Shown here: in pieces, positions 38,479 through 49,273 of the stretch
Layout: every line of letters starts with the position of its first letter
Numbering within the stretch: position 1 is the stretch's first letter
DNA from: Verrucomicrobiota bacterium
Lineage (GTDB): Bacteria > Verrucomicrobiota > Verrucomicrobiia > Opitutales > Coraliomargaritaceae
DNA: 64,000 nucleotides
Assembly (NCBI GenBank): GCA_039815375.1
Contig: JBCBZJ010000003.1
Coordinates: forward strand, 192,001-256,000
Direction of reading: 5' to 3'
Translations under genes and position numbers: made by a program
Notes under the pieces: generated by a model
Told to the model about the DNA's origin: nothing
The model's input: the letters and a program-made list of their open reading frames with translations, nothing else
Database searches by the model: none

Positions 38479-39809
38479 GTTCTCTCTTTCGACGGACTGA
38501 TCGCTTCCTGAGGATTGTTAGCGATCCATGAGAGTGCAAATACGATTGGGCAAAACACAATACAAAGCAGAATTGCCGTGGTATAGCCTTTGGTTACTTC
38601 GTAGCTGACTCCAAAGACGAGTGGACCCAAAGCACTGGTGACGACAGTTGCACCCGTCACCCATCCGTTAATTGCACCAAGGTGTTTCCTTCCAAAAAAA
38701 CGTCCCCACGGGACGTTAATGAGGACACTGAAGGCTCCCCAGGATATGCCACTGCCTACAATGTAGCACCAACGCCATCCGAGGTCTGAGAAGCTAAGTG
38801 CGCCAAGTAGCGTGAGGCCCTGTGCAAAAACCATCATCGCGAGCATGTACTTTAGTTTAATTCGCTCTGTATAGGCTCCGAGAAGAAAGGTGGTTGCGAC
38901 TTGAAAGATGACCGCCGGCAAAAAGACATCGACTGCTGTTTGCCGGTCGAGCTCGTGTGACGCGGCGAGTCCGACAATATGAAAAGAGATGCCTGTCCCG
39001 ATCAGTCCGTTGAGTGCAAGTCCGGCAACGAAGATCCAAAAGGTCCTGGTGCGAATTGCCTCGGAGCTGGAAAAATCTCGAAGCGCGGGAGTGCGGATTT
39101 CTGCACGGGATTCTGCTTTTACCGGGTCGACCGGCACACCGCAGTCCTCGGGACTGTCGCGAAAGAAAAGGTAGGCGAGTGTGGTCATACCAAAAGCGAA
39201 GACTGAACCTACGATAATCCATGTTTGTTGCCAACCAATGGAGATGACGAAGCCATTCAAAAGAAGCGGTGCAGAGGAAAAGCTTAACGAAATCATTGTA
39301 CCGTTGATCGCTGCGGCAATTCCTCGACGGCCCTCGAACCATCGAAAAACCATCGAGCGGCAGGTTGTCATGGCAAAGCTCAATCCCATTAGGCGCATCC
39401 CAAAGAAGGCAAAGAACACGAGTGCAAGAGCCAGGGGTGCACCGCCAAAGTAGGAGCTCAGTCCAACATAGATTCGATCCAACAGTCCTGTTGCAATCAG
39501 GCTAAGGCCCAGTCCGAAGAAGCTCAGGCACCCCATCGGGCGGGCGCCGATCTGATCGACCAGCCTCCCGGCAAGCGGCGCACAGAGCCCGGCAAGTAGC
39601 GTCCCCAGTGTATAAGCTATGGCGAAGTTTCCGCGCTCCAATTCCAATGATGAAATCATTTCGTCAACAAAGACGCTCATCCCGGGTGGACTTCCCGGGA
39701 CTGCTGCAATCATGCCGATGGTCCCAACCACAAGAATCGTCCAACCATAGTAACCCGGCCATTTGCGGACGTCGAACGGTCGCTTCGAATCGAAAAGCTT
39801 TAGGCGCAT
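38475..39809 (-). CDS. MFS transporter
   Basis: YYGW, GRLVDQIGAR, WFEGRRG, FFGRKHLGAING; about 12 TM segments. Confidence 0.88.
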   Translation of the reverse strand: MRLKLFDSKRPFDVRKWPGYYGWTILVVGTIGMIAAVPGSPPGMSVFVDEMISSLELERGNFAIAYTLGTLLAGLCAPLAGRLVDQIGARPMGCLSFFGLGLSLIATGLLDRIYVGLSSYFGGAPLALALVFFAFFGMRLMGLSFAMTTCRSMVFRWFEGRRGIAAAINGTMISLSFSSAPLLLNGFVISIGWQQTWIIVGSVFAFGMTTLAYLFFRDSPEDCGVPVDPVKAESRAEIRTPALRDFSSSEAIRTRTFWIFVAGLALNGLIGTGISFHIVGLAASHELDRQTAVDVFLPAVIFQVATTFLLGAYTERIKLKYMLAMMVFAQGLTLLGALSFSDLGWRWCYIVGSGISWGAFSVLINVPWGRFFGRKHLGAINGWVTGATVVTSALGPLVFGVSYEVTKGYTTAILLCIVFCPIVFALSWIANNPQEAISPSKERT

Positions 39810-39934
39810 GGCATGGATTTCTATTTGCTTGAATGAAGGCGCGGGCGAGAGTCAGAGGGATAGTGGATTGTGGCCGGTCCTAAAACGGCCTGTAGGAACC
39901 ATCGCTCTCCAGCGATACGCACCTTTCCGGCAGG

Positions 39935-40327
39935 TTATTTTGCAGGTGCTGCCGCGACGACTTCGATTTCGACGGTAAACTCCTCTCTGGCAAAGCCGGA
40001 AACGATGACCAAGGTTGAAGCGGGAGCTGGTTCGGAAAAGAGTTCGTCACGAACTTTCATGTAGGCAGGCAGGTGTTCCCGTCCGGTAACGAAGGCATTT
40101 ATCCGAACGATATCCGCCAGATTCATATCTGCGGAGTTGAGAATTGCTTCGACATTTTCGAAACAGAGCCGGGTCTGGGTTTCTGTATCCTCCGGGATTT
40201 TTCCGCTCTTTGTAATTCCGAGTTGGCCCGAGCAAAAAAGGAGCCGAGATCCTTCAGGGATTTCAAGCCCGTGGCTGTATTTTGCGAAAGGGGCGATAAT
40301 CTCATCTGGCGTGTGATGTTTGAACAT
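39935..40327 (-). CDS. RidA/YjgF/UK114 family protein
   Basis: YSHG, LFCSGQLG, PASTLV, VEIEVVA. Confidence 0.9.
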   Translation of the reverse strand: MFKHHTPDEIIAPFAKYSHGLEIPEGSRLLFCSGQLGITKSGKIPEDTETQTRLCFENVEAILNSADMNLADIVRINAFVTGREHLPAYMKVRDELFSEPAPASTLVIVSGFAREEFTVEIEVVAAAPAK

Positions 40328-40343
40328 AGTTTCCCAATTAGGG

Positions 40344-40406
40344 AGCACTTCAAATACCAATTCGACTATCTACTGATGAAGTGATGAATCTGGTATGGAA
40401 GTAGCT
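40344..40406. promoter_or_regulatory. Back-to-back sigma54 promoters (ridA on minus, creatininase on plus)
   Basis: Minus TGGTATTTGAAGTGCT (40359-40344); plus TGGTATGGAAGTAGCT (40391-40406). Confidence 0.6.
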
Positions 40407-40418
40407 CGAATGGCAGGC

Positions 40419-41225
40419 ATGGCTACAGAACGCTTTCTCCCCCACATGACTTGGCCCGAGATCAAGAATCTCGATAAAACGAATGCTCTGGTCATTCTTC
40501 CGGTCGGGGCAACCGAGCAACACGGCCATCATCTTCCGGTCTATACGGATACGCTGATCAGTTCAGGAGTTTTGAGACGGGCTCTGGAAGTCTTACCCGA
40601 AGAAGTTCCAGCCTACATGCTTTCACCGATTACCATTAGCAAAAGCAACGAGCATCGCGGATTTCCAGGGACGCTTTGGATTAGTGCCAAGACGCTCTAT
40701 GACGTCCTCTTTGAGATTGGCCGAAGCGTTTATGAATCGGGCTTTCGGAAGATGTGTTTTTTTAATGGGCACGGCGGAAACGTGGGTATTCTACATGCCG
40801 TGACTCGCGACATCAGGGATGAGTTTGGCATGACGGTCTTTGCGGGATCGGCCGGCACTTTTCTTGAGTCTCCTGAATTGCCGGACGGGGTCGATGCGCG
40901 CGAGAAGAAATTCGGAATTCACGCGAACTTTGGAGAGACGGCCCTGATCAAGGCTCTGGCTCCCGAACTCGTTAAGGAGGACAAAGCTCGACCTTGCTTC
41001 CCGAACTATCCGGATTCAGGCATTGGTCTGGTCGGTCCGGGCTACGCACAGTGGAAGACAGAAGACTGGTCATCGACCGGCGTCTTCGGTGACCCGACTC
41101 ATGTCACCGAAGAAATCGCAGCAGATTATTTGGACCGTGCCGTCAAAGGAACAGTTCGCTTCCTTACCGAGATGGTTGATTTCGAATATGATCGTCCCAA
41201 GATCCAGGATCGACCTGTAGATTAA
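40419..41225 (+). CDS. Creatininase family amidohydrolase
   Basis: MTWPE, LPVGATEQHGHHLP..TD, SNEH..FPGT, NGHGGN, GIHA...ET. Confidence 0.92.
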   Translation: MATERFLPHMTWPEIKNLDKTNALVILPVGATEQHGHHLPVYTDTLISSGVLRRALEVLPEEVPAYMLSPITISKSNEHRGFPGTLWISAKTLYDVLFEIGRSVYESGFRKMCFFNGHGGNVGILHAVTRDIRDEFGMTVFAGSAGTFLESPELPDGVDAREKKFGIHANFGETALIKALAPELVKEDKARPCFPNYPDSGIGLVGPGYAQWKTEDWSSTGVFGDPTHVTEEIAADYLDRAVKGTVRFLTEMVDFEYDRPKIQDRPVD

Positions 41226-41252
41226 TCTATCTGTTTGTTGCTTAGGGATAGG

Positions 41253-41732
41253 TTATTCTTCACCCGTATAGTAGTCCGCTTCAGTCGGGTAGATACATTC
41301 ACCCTGCGGTTTGAGCATTCGCTTCCCGGTGTTCGGATAGGTTGTGATGTCTACCGGATTCTGATCGGCGATGACATAGTAAACCAGGTCAGATGCCGAG
41401 TCGTTCATGATTTGATGGCTCTCGCCCGGGCAAAAGACAAAATGATCACCTGGTCCGATTTCAGTTGGAGAGTCGGTCGAATCGAAAACAAGTCCGGTTC
41501 CCGAAAGAATGATGTAGAACTCCGTCTGCGCTGCGTGAGCATGAAGCGGCCAGTTCTTTTTTCCCGGTGGAAGGGTCGCAAGTTCGATATCGAAGGGATG
41601 TCCGTTGGCCCAGGGGCCCTTGTCTTTAATCCCACCGAGTGCGAGCGAGACGTGTTGACGCTGAATTTGAAAATCTCCTTTTGGAGAGGCGACTGTTTCA
41701 GTCTCAATTTCTGATGGGATTACTTTCTTCAT
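41253..41732 (-). CDS. Cupin domain protein
   Basis: PLHAHAAQTEFYIILSG, GESHQI. Confidence 0.85.
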   Translation of the reverse strand: MKKVIPSEIETETVASPKGDFQIQRQHVSLALGGIKDKGPWANGHPFDIELATLPPGKKNWPLHAHAAQTEFYIILSGTGLVFDSTDSPTEIGPGDHFVFCPGESHQIMNDSASDLVYYVIADQNPVDITTYPNTGKRMLKPQGECIYPTEADYYTGEE

Positions 41733-42417
41733 ATTGATTAGCCCAAGTGAAGACCTGTTCTATCAGAATACGTCCGTCACTGCTGTCTTCCTCATAATCT
41801 TCAGGGTGAAACTGCACTCCGATAAGCGGTTTGGTTTCGTGCTGGATTGCCTGGATTTTTGTTACTGGGCTGGTTGCGATGGTTTGGAATCCGTCGGGCA
41901 GGCTTTTCACTTCCCAAAAGTGATGTTGGAAGACTTCCATGCGCGCGCTCGCACGATGAAATGCCGTGCCCGGCTTTCGACCTAACTCGATAGAGCAAAA
42001 TCCTGTTTCTGAACGCGCCGTTGCTGGAATGATGGGGTCAATTCTCCCTTCGCCGGAGACGGTCTTGTTTCCGATCGGCCCGATGGACGCCCCGTAGGTT
42101 TTGGCAAGAAGCTGGAAGCTGCCGCAAATGCAAAAGGTCGGGTAGCCCGGTGCCCGAAAGTAACTTTGAATCGGTGTGATTTCATCGGCGGCATATTCGC
42201 TGTGGTCCATGTTGTGGCCTGAGAAAATTACTACACGCGGGTTTAGCTCTTCGAGTAGCTTTGCCGAGAATCTGCTGTAATGCAGGAGATAGCAGGGCTC
42301 GGCTCCGATTTCTTCGAAGCGATACTTTGCCGCCACCCGTCGTCTGCAGACTTCCGCCCATAACTCTGGGTGCTCTACACGAAGCTTTTGGTGCTCCATA
42401 TCAACAAAAACATTCAT
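41704..42417 (-). CDS. Class I glutamine amidotransferase-like protein
   Basis: Nucleophile elbow ICGSFQ; GVQFHPE. Confidence 0.85.
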   Translation of the reverse strand: MNVFVDMEHQKLRVEHPELWAEVCRRRVAAKYRFEEIGAEPCYLLHYSRFSAKLLEELNPRVVIFSGHNMDHSEYAADEITPIQSYFRAPGYPTFCICGSFQLLAKTYGASIGPIGNKTVSGEGRIDPIIPATARSETGFCSIELGRKPGTAFHRASARMEVFQHHFWEVKSLPDGFQTIATSPVTKIQAIQHETKPLIGVQFHPEDYEEDSSDGRILIEQVFTWANQYEESNPIRN

Positions 42418-42437
42418 AGAATTCGAGCACTCTACGG

Positions 42438-42453
42438 AGCTACTTTCGTTCCA
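42438..42453 (-). promoter_or_regulatory. sigma54 promoter
   Basis: TGGAACGAAAGTAGCT (GG-N10-GC); predicted +1 about 10 nt before ATG 42417. Confidence 0.55.
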
Positions 42454-42522
42454 GAAAATCCTGTACCGCAGCCTGCGGAGGAGATTTTTTATCGGCTGAT
42501 CGAACTTTGCCGGGCTAGCGGC

Positions 42523-43317
42523 TTAGAGCCGGATCGCTTGCCAAACCCGAATGAGCGACTCGATAAGTTCGGGCAGCTCTTCGAGCGGGATTTGGCTGGC
42601 AGCATCGGATATGGCCTCGGCTGGATTCGGGTGAGTTTCCAGAAAGACACCATTTGCTCCCGCAGCGAGAGCTGCCCGGGCAAGAGCGGGCACATGTTCG
42701 CGTTGGCCGCCGCTGACTCCCCCGGCTGCTCCTGGCAGTTGCACGCTGTGCGTTGCGTCAATTACGGTAGGATGTCCGTTGATTGCCATGATGCTAAAGC
42801 TACGCATGTCGACGACGAGATTCTGGTAGCCGAAGGTGGTGCCGCGGTCGGTCTGCCAGATTTCGGCAGCGCCGGCTTCCTCCAGCTTGTTGGTGACAAA
42901 CTCCATTTCGTAGGGTGAGAGGAATTGACCTTTCTTGACGTTGATGGCCCGGCCGGTTGCTGCAGCGGCCACGAGGAGATCGGTTTGCCGGCAGAGAAAA
43001 GCAGGAATCTGTAGGGCGTCGACGACTGCGCCGACTGCAGGGCACTGCTCGGGTAGATGGATGTCGGTGATGGTTTTGAAGCCGTATTCGGATTGAATGG
43101 TCTTGAAAATCTCGAGCCCCTCGTCGAGCCCGGTCCCACGGTTGCTTTTGATCGAAGTGCGGTTGGCTTTATCGAAAGATCCCTTGAAGAGAATATTCAG
43201 TTCCTCGTGCTTCTCCTGAAGTGAAGCGAGCACGTCGGCAACTTGACGGCAGGTATCCAGACTTTCAAGCGAGCAGGGGCCAGCCAGTAGTAGAAGCTTG
43301 TCAGGGTCGTAAATCAT
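42523..43317 (-). CDS. kdsA: KDO 8-phosphate synthase
   Basis: [40 protein letters not shown]. Confidence 0.95.
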   Translation of the reverse strand: MIYDPDKLLLLAGPCSLESLDTCRQVADVLASLQEKHEELNILFKGSFDKANRTSIKSNRGTGLDEGLEIFKTIQSEYGFKTITDIHLPEQCPAVGAVVDALQIPAFLCRQTDLLVAAAATGRAINVKKGQFLSPYEMEFVTNKLEEAGAAEIWQTDRGTTFGYQNLVVDMRSFSIMAINGHPTVIDATHSVQLPGAAGGVSGGQREHVPALARAALAAGANGVFLETHPNPAEAISDAASQIPLEELPELIESLIRVWQAIRL

Positions 43318-43390
43318 TCCCGCATTTAGGGGGTCAAGCGGCTTTAGGCCAAGCCGAATGCGGGGAGACATTCTGCTTTTATTTCAAGCC

Positions 43391-43942
43391 ATGTTCCTTT
43401 TTGCTGTGAGTGTGCCCCAAGTTCTTTTCTGTCTTTTTCTTTTGTGCTTCGCGAGTTCAACCGCGCGTGCGGATACACTTTTGGACCATTTGTCGAGATA
43501 TGAGGGCGTATGGATTGGGCAATTCACCATTCACTCGACGGCAACGGGTTACACCGAGTCGTTTCCGGTGCAGCAACGATACTGGTGGGAAGGGGATCAG
43601 CTTCATGGCCTGGCCGTCTCGCAGCGGGACAGCGGAATGGAGAACGCCACTTCGATCACTTATATGAAAGCAGGAAAACTCATCTCGGAAGTGACTCGTG
43701 GTGAGATGAAGGATTCTTACATTGGTGTGCTGAACAAGGATGGCTTGCTTTGGCTACCGTCCAAGATGAGCCGTGCGACAGACTATCAAATCTTTGAGAG
43801 CTTCGTTCCGGTTGAAGGCGGGCCTGACAAACTAATGACCGAGGGCTTCGACACCTATGTTTATTCGGGTGGGCTCGCCCACATTGTATATAAAGGTGAG
43901 CTTATTCGTGAGCCGGAGGTGAAAGGAGAGAAAGCCCGTTAG
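43391..43942 (+). CDS. Exported hypothetical protein
   Basis: Signal peptide ending TARA-D; beta-rich soluble domain; start uncertain. Confidence 0.65.
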   Translation: MFLFAVSVPQVLFCLFLLCFASSTARADTLLDHLSRYEGVWIGQFTIHSTATGYTESFPVQQRYWWEGDQLHGLAVSQRDSGMENATSITYMKAGKLISEVTRGEMKDSYIGVLNKDGLLWLPSKMSRATDYQIFESFVPVEGGPDKLMTEGFDTYVYSGGLAHIVYKGELIREPEVKGEKAR

Positions 43943-45201
43943 TCGACTCCGATTTCGCGTGCAAGTTGCTCTTGGAGGGCGGGCTCGAGCTCGGCGCTAA
44001 TAACCCATTCGAGTGCAGCCTTCGGGTCGTTGGCTGCCCAATTCCGGATTGAGCTGCTGATTTGTGCAAGTCTGCGATCCGGGTCTGAGATCGTGTTGGC
44101 CCATTCGGTTGCTGCTTCGGGCTCGAAGCGTTGGATGGACTCAGTAAAGCCAATGATGGCGGCATCCCGCTCTGCACCCAGCGGTTGGTCGCTGAGCCAT
44201 GTTGAGGCTGCGATGGAATCAGTTTCTGTCCATGCGGTCATCAATTGCGTCGCATGGCTCGATGAATAGTAGGGGTCGTTCTTTGCCATACTTTCCAGCC
44301 AACTTGCGGTTCCGGCCGGGTCGTTCATGGCTCGAGCTTTAACGAATTCGGACATGTAACTTAGGTCGAACGGGTCCTCGAGAGAAATGTTCCGGACGAA
44401 GGCTTCCGCAGCTTCAGGATTAAGTCCGGCGTAGCTCTCGATCGTATCGATTAACATAGTTCTGTTGCCGCTTCGATTTGCTTCATTGTATGCCCAAGCC
44501 GCAGCACTATCAGGGTCGGTCTCAATCCAGGACTCAGCAAGTGCTGTGGCTGCTTCGTTGCGCAACGTTCCGTCGGGCAGGCTTTCGATCCATGACGTTG
44601 CTTCGTTCGGAGCATTCTGTATCCACGTCGAGGCGAGTGATTTTGCAGCTGTGATTTTGCTCCCGTCGTTGGCCATGCCGTCGATCCAGTCAGCTGCCGC
44701 TGAAGGGTCGCTGGCAGCCCAAAGCGAGACGCCGCTATTCAGAGTTTCGAGGCGGGCTAGACCCTGAGCATTCGATTCGAGCCAGAGCATGGCAGACTCC
44801 GAATCATCGGCTGCCCAAAGGGCAACGACTTCAAGCATCCCTCGCAGGCGCTCCGAACCAGAGCTTTGCTCCTGAAGCCAAAGCATCGCGGCTTCAGGAT
44901 CCTGTTTCGCGCGTTGGCGTGCTTCTGCGAGAAAGTCGTCCGGTTCCGTTAATACTTCCTCAGGAGCCTTTACCGGTGTTTCCTCTTGCGGGCTGATGAG
45001 CACTCTCTCCCTCAAATCGGTCTTCTCTGCCTCGGTTGTCACTGGGATCGCTTCAGGTTCTACCGTCTCCTCCCGAGCAAGAGTCCAAGCCTTCCGAAAG
45101 TTGGCCATTTCCCTCTGAATTGCTGGCCAGAAAGGTTTTATTGCGAACAGGGCCAACAGTAGAACCAGCACGAGGTAGAGGTATGGTCTTGGTTTGCTCA
45201 C
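43939..45201 (-). CDS. Membrane-anchored helical-repeat protein (DPxAAxxW repeats)
   Basis: N-terminal TM; repeated W...DP.AA..W units. Confidence 0.8.
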   Translation of the reverse strand: MSKPRPYLYLVLVLLLALFAIKPFWPAIQREMANFRKAWTLAREETVEPEAIPVTTEAEKTDLRERVLISPQEETPVKAPEEVLTEPDDFLAEARQRAKQDPEAAMLWLQEQSSGSERLRGMLEVVALWAADDSESAMLWLESNAQGLARLETLNSGVSLWAASDPSAAADWIDGMANDGSKITAAKSLASTWIQNAPNEATSWIESLPDGTLRNEAATALAESWIETDPDSAAAWAYNEANRSGNRTMLIDTIESYAGLNPEAAEAFVRNISLEDPFDLSYMSEFVKARAMNDPAGTASWLESMAKNDPYYSSSHATQLMTAWTETDSIAASTWLSDQPLGAERDAAIIGFTESIQRFEPEAATEWANTISDPDRRLAQISSSIRNWAANDPKAALEWVISAELEPALQEQLAREIGVD

Positions 45202-45205
45202 CTTG

Positions 45206-46003
45206 TTATATGAGTTGAAAGAAGGCTCTTGTATTAGCGGTCACCTGCTCGGCGAGGCTCTCAGTTTCCATTGCGAGTGCCTCTGCGCAACGCTCGGCGA
45301 TGTAGGCGATGTAGGCCGGTTCGTTGGGCTTGCCCCGGTGCGGCTCCGGCGTGAGATATGGGCAGTCCGTTTCCAACATAAGGCGTTCGATGCCCTGCTC
45401 GCGCACGGCTTCGCGCACGCCCTTGGCGCTTTTATAGGTTGCGATTCCGGTGAAGGATGCCCGACCGCCGCGCTGCTTGATCTGACGCATTTCATTTGCT
45501 CCATAGGTGAAGCAGTGAAAGACAATACGTTGCCAATCTATGCCGGACTCGTCGATCAGGCGCACGCATTCGTCGAAGCAATCCCGGCTGTGAATGATGA
45601 CCGGACATTCCAGTTCGGAAGCGAACATCAGCTGCTGTCGAAAGGCGGATTCCTGTTGGAGTATTACCTCGCCAGCCTGAACAGGATCCTTGGGTAAATG
45701 AAAATAATCCAGTCCGATTTCCCCCAGTGCGACAGGTGCCTGTGGCGGCATGAAAAAGGAGGAAATCTGGCTGACGGCTTCCTCCCAACCGTCTTCGGCG
45801 TAGCAGGGGTGGAGACCAACCGTGTAGTCAATCGTGCCTTTATGGGTTTCGTGCATTTCACGGTAGGGCACCCAGTCTTCAGGTGAAGTGCCGATCGTGA
45901 TGAAGTGCCGGACGCCAGCTTCTGCGGCACGATCAAGCACAGCGTCGAGCTCGTTCCTACGCTTGAATCCGAGCAAATGGCAGTGGCTGTCGATCAACTC
46001 CAT
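45206..46003 (-). CDS. tatD: TatD family hydrolase
   Basis: [37 protein letters not shown]. Confidence 0.93.
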   Translation of the reverse strand: MELIDSHCHLLGFKRRNELDAVLDRAAEAGVRHFITIGTSPEDWVPYREMHETHKGTIDYTVGLHPCYAEDGWEEAVSQISSFFMPPQAPVALGEIGLDYFHLPKDPVQAGEVILQQESAFRQQLMFASELECPVIIHSRDCFDECVRLIDESGIDWQRIVFHCFTYGANEMRQIKQRGGRASFTGIATYKSAKGVREAVREQGIERLMLETDCPYLTPEPHRGKPNEPAYIAYIAERCAEALAMETESLAEQVTANTRAFFQLI

Positions 46004-46051
46004 GATCTCCCGAAGTTGTTGGAAATTCGCCTTCTGAAAAGCTGAAAGTTG

Positions 46052-46975
46052 CTAAGCTTTTGCTGAAGCCTCATCTCGGGTTGGGCCTTTCAGGGCGATC
46101 CAGACGAGAACCAGGCAGCTCCAGTAGGTGATGCCACCTACAATTTCGTGCATCAACATGTATTGCTCCATGAAAGACGGAGCAAGCAGGACGATAATGA
46201 CGATACGCAGTATGTTGAAGGCGAAGCCGATGATGAGCCCCGCAAAGATGTTGAGTGCCATATTGAGCAGACCGAGGCGCCGGTAAATCGCGAGTAGGAG
46301 AGCCAGTAGCAAACTGGTCAGGATAACGCCAAACCCATTGCACTCTGAGGCTACGTGAAAAGGATATTGATCCACGAGAAGGATCAACTTGGGTGGCCCG
46401 CCTGCATAACCAACAAGCCCGAGTTCGACGCTTTTACCGATCCAGCCTAAAGCAGCAGCACTCCATTCCCCGGCATACCCGCGTAGTGGCCAGTCGAGTG
46501 GTTGCATGAGAATACTGAGTAAAAGGAAGGCGCAGAACGTGCCCGCTGCCGTTCGTGTCAGTCGGCGGGTACCCTCGCCGCAAATGAAGCGCACGAGAGC
46601 GGCGAGCCCACAACAGTAGGCCGGTATCGCAATCAAGGAGACCCATCCTTGCCACTCATTTGGGCATATTTTTCGGCTTACGGCTTGGATGGCGAGCAAG
46701 ACAAAACTTGCGATGAGCGCTCGTCGCGCAGACGGATTGAGTGTAAACGTATCCCTAATCTCGACCCCACCGAACCTGACGAGAAGTATTGTTGCGAGTG
46801 CAAGCACAACAAGCGAGTGGAACAGGCGGCTTTGATCGTGTGTGGTAGTTGCAAACCACTGGGTGACTGGCCAGAAGGCGAGTGCAAGCAAGGCAAAAAT
46901 CGTTGAGTGAATCCAGAACTCCGATTGCTGTGCTTTTTCTCTGAAGCTGTTAGCGAGTTGTTTGCGAAACGCCAT
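46052..46975 (-). CDS. Exosortase/archaeosortase family protein
   Basis: Multi-TM; catalytic Cys (VASECNG), Arg (NILRI) and His (MHEIVG). Confidence 0.85.
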   Translation of the reverse strand: MAFRKQLANSFREKAQQSEFWIHSTIFALLALAFWPVTQWFATTTHDQSRLFHSLVVLALATILLVRFGGVEIRDTFTLNPSARRALIASFVLLAIQAVSRKICPNEWQGWVSLIAIPAYCCGLAALVRFICGEGTRRLTRTAAGTFCAFLLLSILMQPLDWPLRGYAGEWSAAALGWIGKSVELGLVGYAGGPPKLILLVDQYPFHVASECNGFGVILTSLLLALLLAIYRRLGLLNMALNIFAGLIIGFAFNILRIVIIVLLAPSFMEQYMLMHEIVGGITYWSCLVLVWIALKGPTRDEASAKA

Positions 46976-47144
46976 GAGTGTTTAGACTGGTCAGGGTTTA
47001 CTGCTTCGCGAGCGGGAATTTTCAGACCCAGCATTTAATCCTCTGTTCCGCAAGCCGCACACATTCGGAAAGTGGCACTGGTAAATTTGGCAGCCGAGAA
47101 TCTTGGTTTCGATTCCCTCCGGTTTGGATGGGGCGCTTCGGTGA

Positions 47145-49058
47145 TTACCTCCGGGGCCTGCGGTTTCCGACAAGAGTCAGTGCGATCAGGCCGACCAGAA
47201 AAGCAAAAGCGGAATTCTCCGGAACAACAGCTGTAAGCGTAACGGCAGTATCGCTAGTTTGATCATCTCCGAAGTTGTCTCCGAAAGTGGTGCTCTCGTA
47301 GTTGATTTGGAAACGGTTCAACCCGGCGTTGAATTCGTCGCCCTCTGCGAGTGTGATACCGTTGTAGCTGAATAGGCCGCCGTTGTAGTTGCGGTTGTAG
47401 TTTACGAGAGTGACAACGGTTCCGACGGCAAGTGGGCCAGACGCAGCAGCAGTATCGGTCAGGCCCAGATTTATGCTGCCATTCAGCGACAGGTCTCTGG
47501 TGGCGACCAAAACATCGGCAAAAGTTGCAGCGGGCGCAGACGAGTCGAATTCGAAGTTGAAACTGGACCCATCTTCGAAATCGGCGTCGCGGACAGTGAA
47601 GGAGCCAATGCCTGCTTCTCCCGGTGATAGTTCTCCGCTTAGGTTGAGATCGCCACCGATGCGACCGGAGCCTTGAATGACAGCACCGGGATCGACTTCG
47701 ACCACACCACTTGCTCGGGAGGAGTCGCCGTTTACTTCAAGGGTGCCTTCGGCGACGACGATTCCCCGGTCATTCGTGTTTGCCCCGGAGAGAACCAGAA
47801 TACCCAAGCCGATTTTATTGACCCCGGCAGCACCATTGCTACCGATCACGCCCGAAATTTCAAGGCGATCTTCAAGCCCGACATCGACATCGAAGTTGCC
47901 GCGAGTGCTTTCCTGAAGAGTGATTGGTCCCGAAAGCTCGGTCTGGTTGCTGCCTGGCCGATCAAAGCGGATGGTCTTGTTTCCGCCGGAGTTCCGGATG
48001 CGGATCGTATTCGCAATATTTAAACCGGGAAGGAGCTCAAGGACCGGGTCTGTGGCTGCACTGGTTCCTCGATTCTCTATGTCGAGACGTCCAGTGCCGA
48101 GCGCCGTGCTGGACTCCAGGACGAGGGTGCCCTGTTCGATGATGTTGTTTCCGCTGTTTATATTGTCTCCGGACACAACGAGGGTGCCGCTACCACCTTC
48201 ACGGCGCAGATTGATGCCACCCCGTCCCGATATCTGGCCAGCGAGGGTAAGTATTTCATTTTCCCCGATCTCGAAGCGGTTGCCCGCTGTCGTTTCGTCG
48301 AGGAAGAGATTGCCTGATAGAGTTGCAGCGTTGGTTCCGGCCAAATCGAAGCGGATAGTCTTATTCCGTCCCTGATTCGTTACGGAGATATCATTCGACA
48401 GGTTTAATCCGTCACTGCCGAGTTCTAGAACGGGATCGTTGTTCGAGCGATCCTCAATAATAAAAGCGCCTGAGCCGAGTGCAGTATTATTCAGAATGAC
48501 CAGTGTTCCTCCCATTAAGCGAGTGCTGGCGTGACTGTTCTGGCCTGCCAACGTTACACGGCCGTCGTCTTGGCTTCCGTTCCCGTTATTGATTTCAAGT
48601 TCCTGCGCACCGCTGATGTTACCGGTCACACGAACATTGTGGCCTGTTCCAGTATTGATGCCTATCCCTGCTGTGTTGAGTACGATATCGAGGGCGATTT
48701 CATCCTCTATCAGGTCATTTGCTGCCGACGCTACAAGGGTTGTTCTGATGTCTTCGTTAAGTAGAATCCGGTTTCCGGAAAGGGTGAAGTTCTGGCCGTT
48801 TCCCGTATTTGAAAACAGGATACCCTCGATCAACGTATCAATTATGAGATCATTGGATGTGCTCGTTTGCGTTGTGCCGGCAAACACCAGAGCATCACCA
48901 TTGGTCGGAGTTTGGGCAGGAGACCAATTTGCACTACTTGCCCAGTTCGCGTCCAGATTCCCTTCCCAATCGAGCACAATAGACCATGCACTCTTGCAAG
49001 TGGTAAGCGCCAGAATCGAAACCACGATTCGGACGAGTCTCTTTGATCGAGAATACAT
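47145..49058 (-). CDS. Surface protein with autotransporter-associated beta-strand repeats and a PEP-CTERM-like (VPEN) tail
   Basis: G.GTLVLSG.N repeats; C-terminal VVPENSAFAFLVGLIALTLVGNRRPRR. Confidence 0.85.
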   Translation of the reverse strand: MYSRSKRLVRIVVSILALTTCKSAWSIVLDWEGNLDANWASSANWSPAQTPTNGDALVFAGTTQTSTSNDLIIDTLIEGILFSNTGNGQNFTLSGNRILLNEDIRTTLVASAANDLIEDEIALDIVLNTAGIGINTGTGHNVRVTGNISGAQELEINNGNGSQDDGRVTLAGQNSHASTRLMGGTLVILNNTALGSGAFIIEDRSNNDPVLELGSDGLNLSNDISVTNQGRNKTIRFDLAGTNAATLSGNLFLDETTAGNRFEIGENEILTLAGQISGRGGINLRREGGSGTLVVSGDNINSGNNIIEQGTLVLESSTALGTGRLDIENRGTSAATDPVLELLPGLNIANTIRIRNSGGNKTIRFDRPGSNQTELSGPITLQESTRGNFDVDVGLEDRLEISGVIGSNGAAGVNKIGLGILVLSGANTNDRGIVVAEGTLEVNGDSSRASGVVEVDPGAVIQGSGRIGGDLNLSGELSPGEAGIGSFTVRDADFEDGSSFNFEFDSSAPAATFADVLVATRDLSLNGSINLGLTDTAAASGPLAVGTVVTLVNYNRNYNGGLFSYNGITLAEGDEFNAGLNRFQINYESTTFGDNFGDDQTSDTAVTLTAVVPENSAFAFLVGLIALTLVGNRRPRR

Positions 49059-49273
49059 AACCAGAAAATTTCAAGCCTCACAGAGAGCAGAAAAAGGAAG
49101 ATTGTCCAGTCTGGTGCTCGAACTATCTTCATCCCAGTTTTGATAGGGCTACCTAAATCTGAACGAGTAGGGGTTCTTCTCCGTGCAGTCTTTTCATGTG
49201 TTTGCCGGGATAAATAATATCCGTTTCCTGAATACTTACGGTAATGAGTTTATCGGATTCTGCTCATGCTTGG

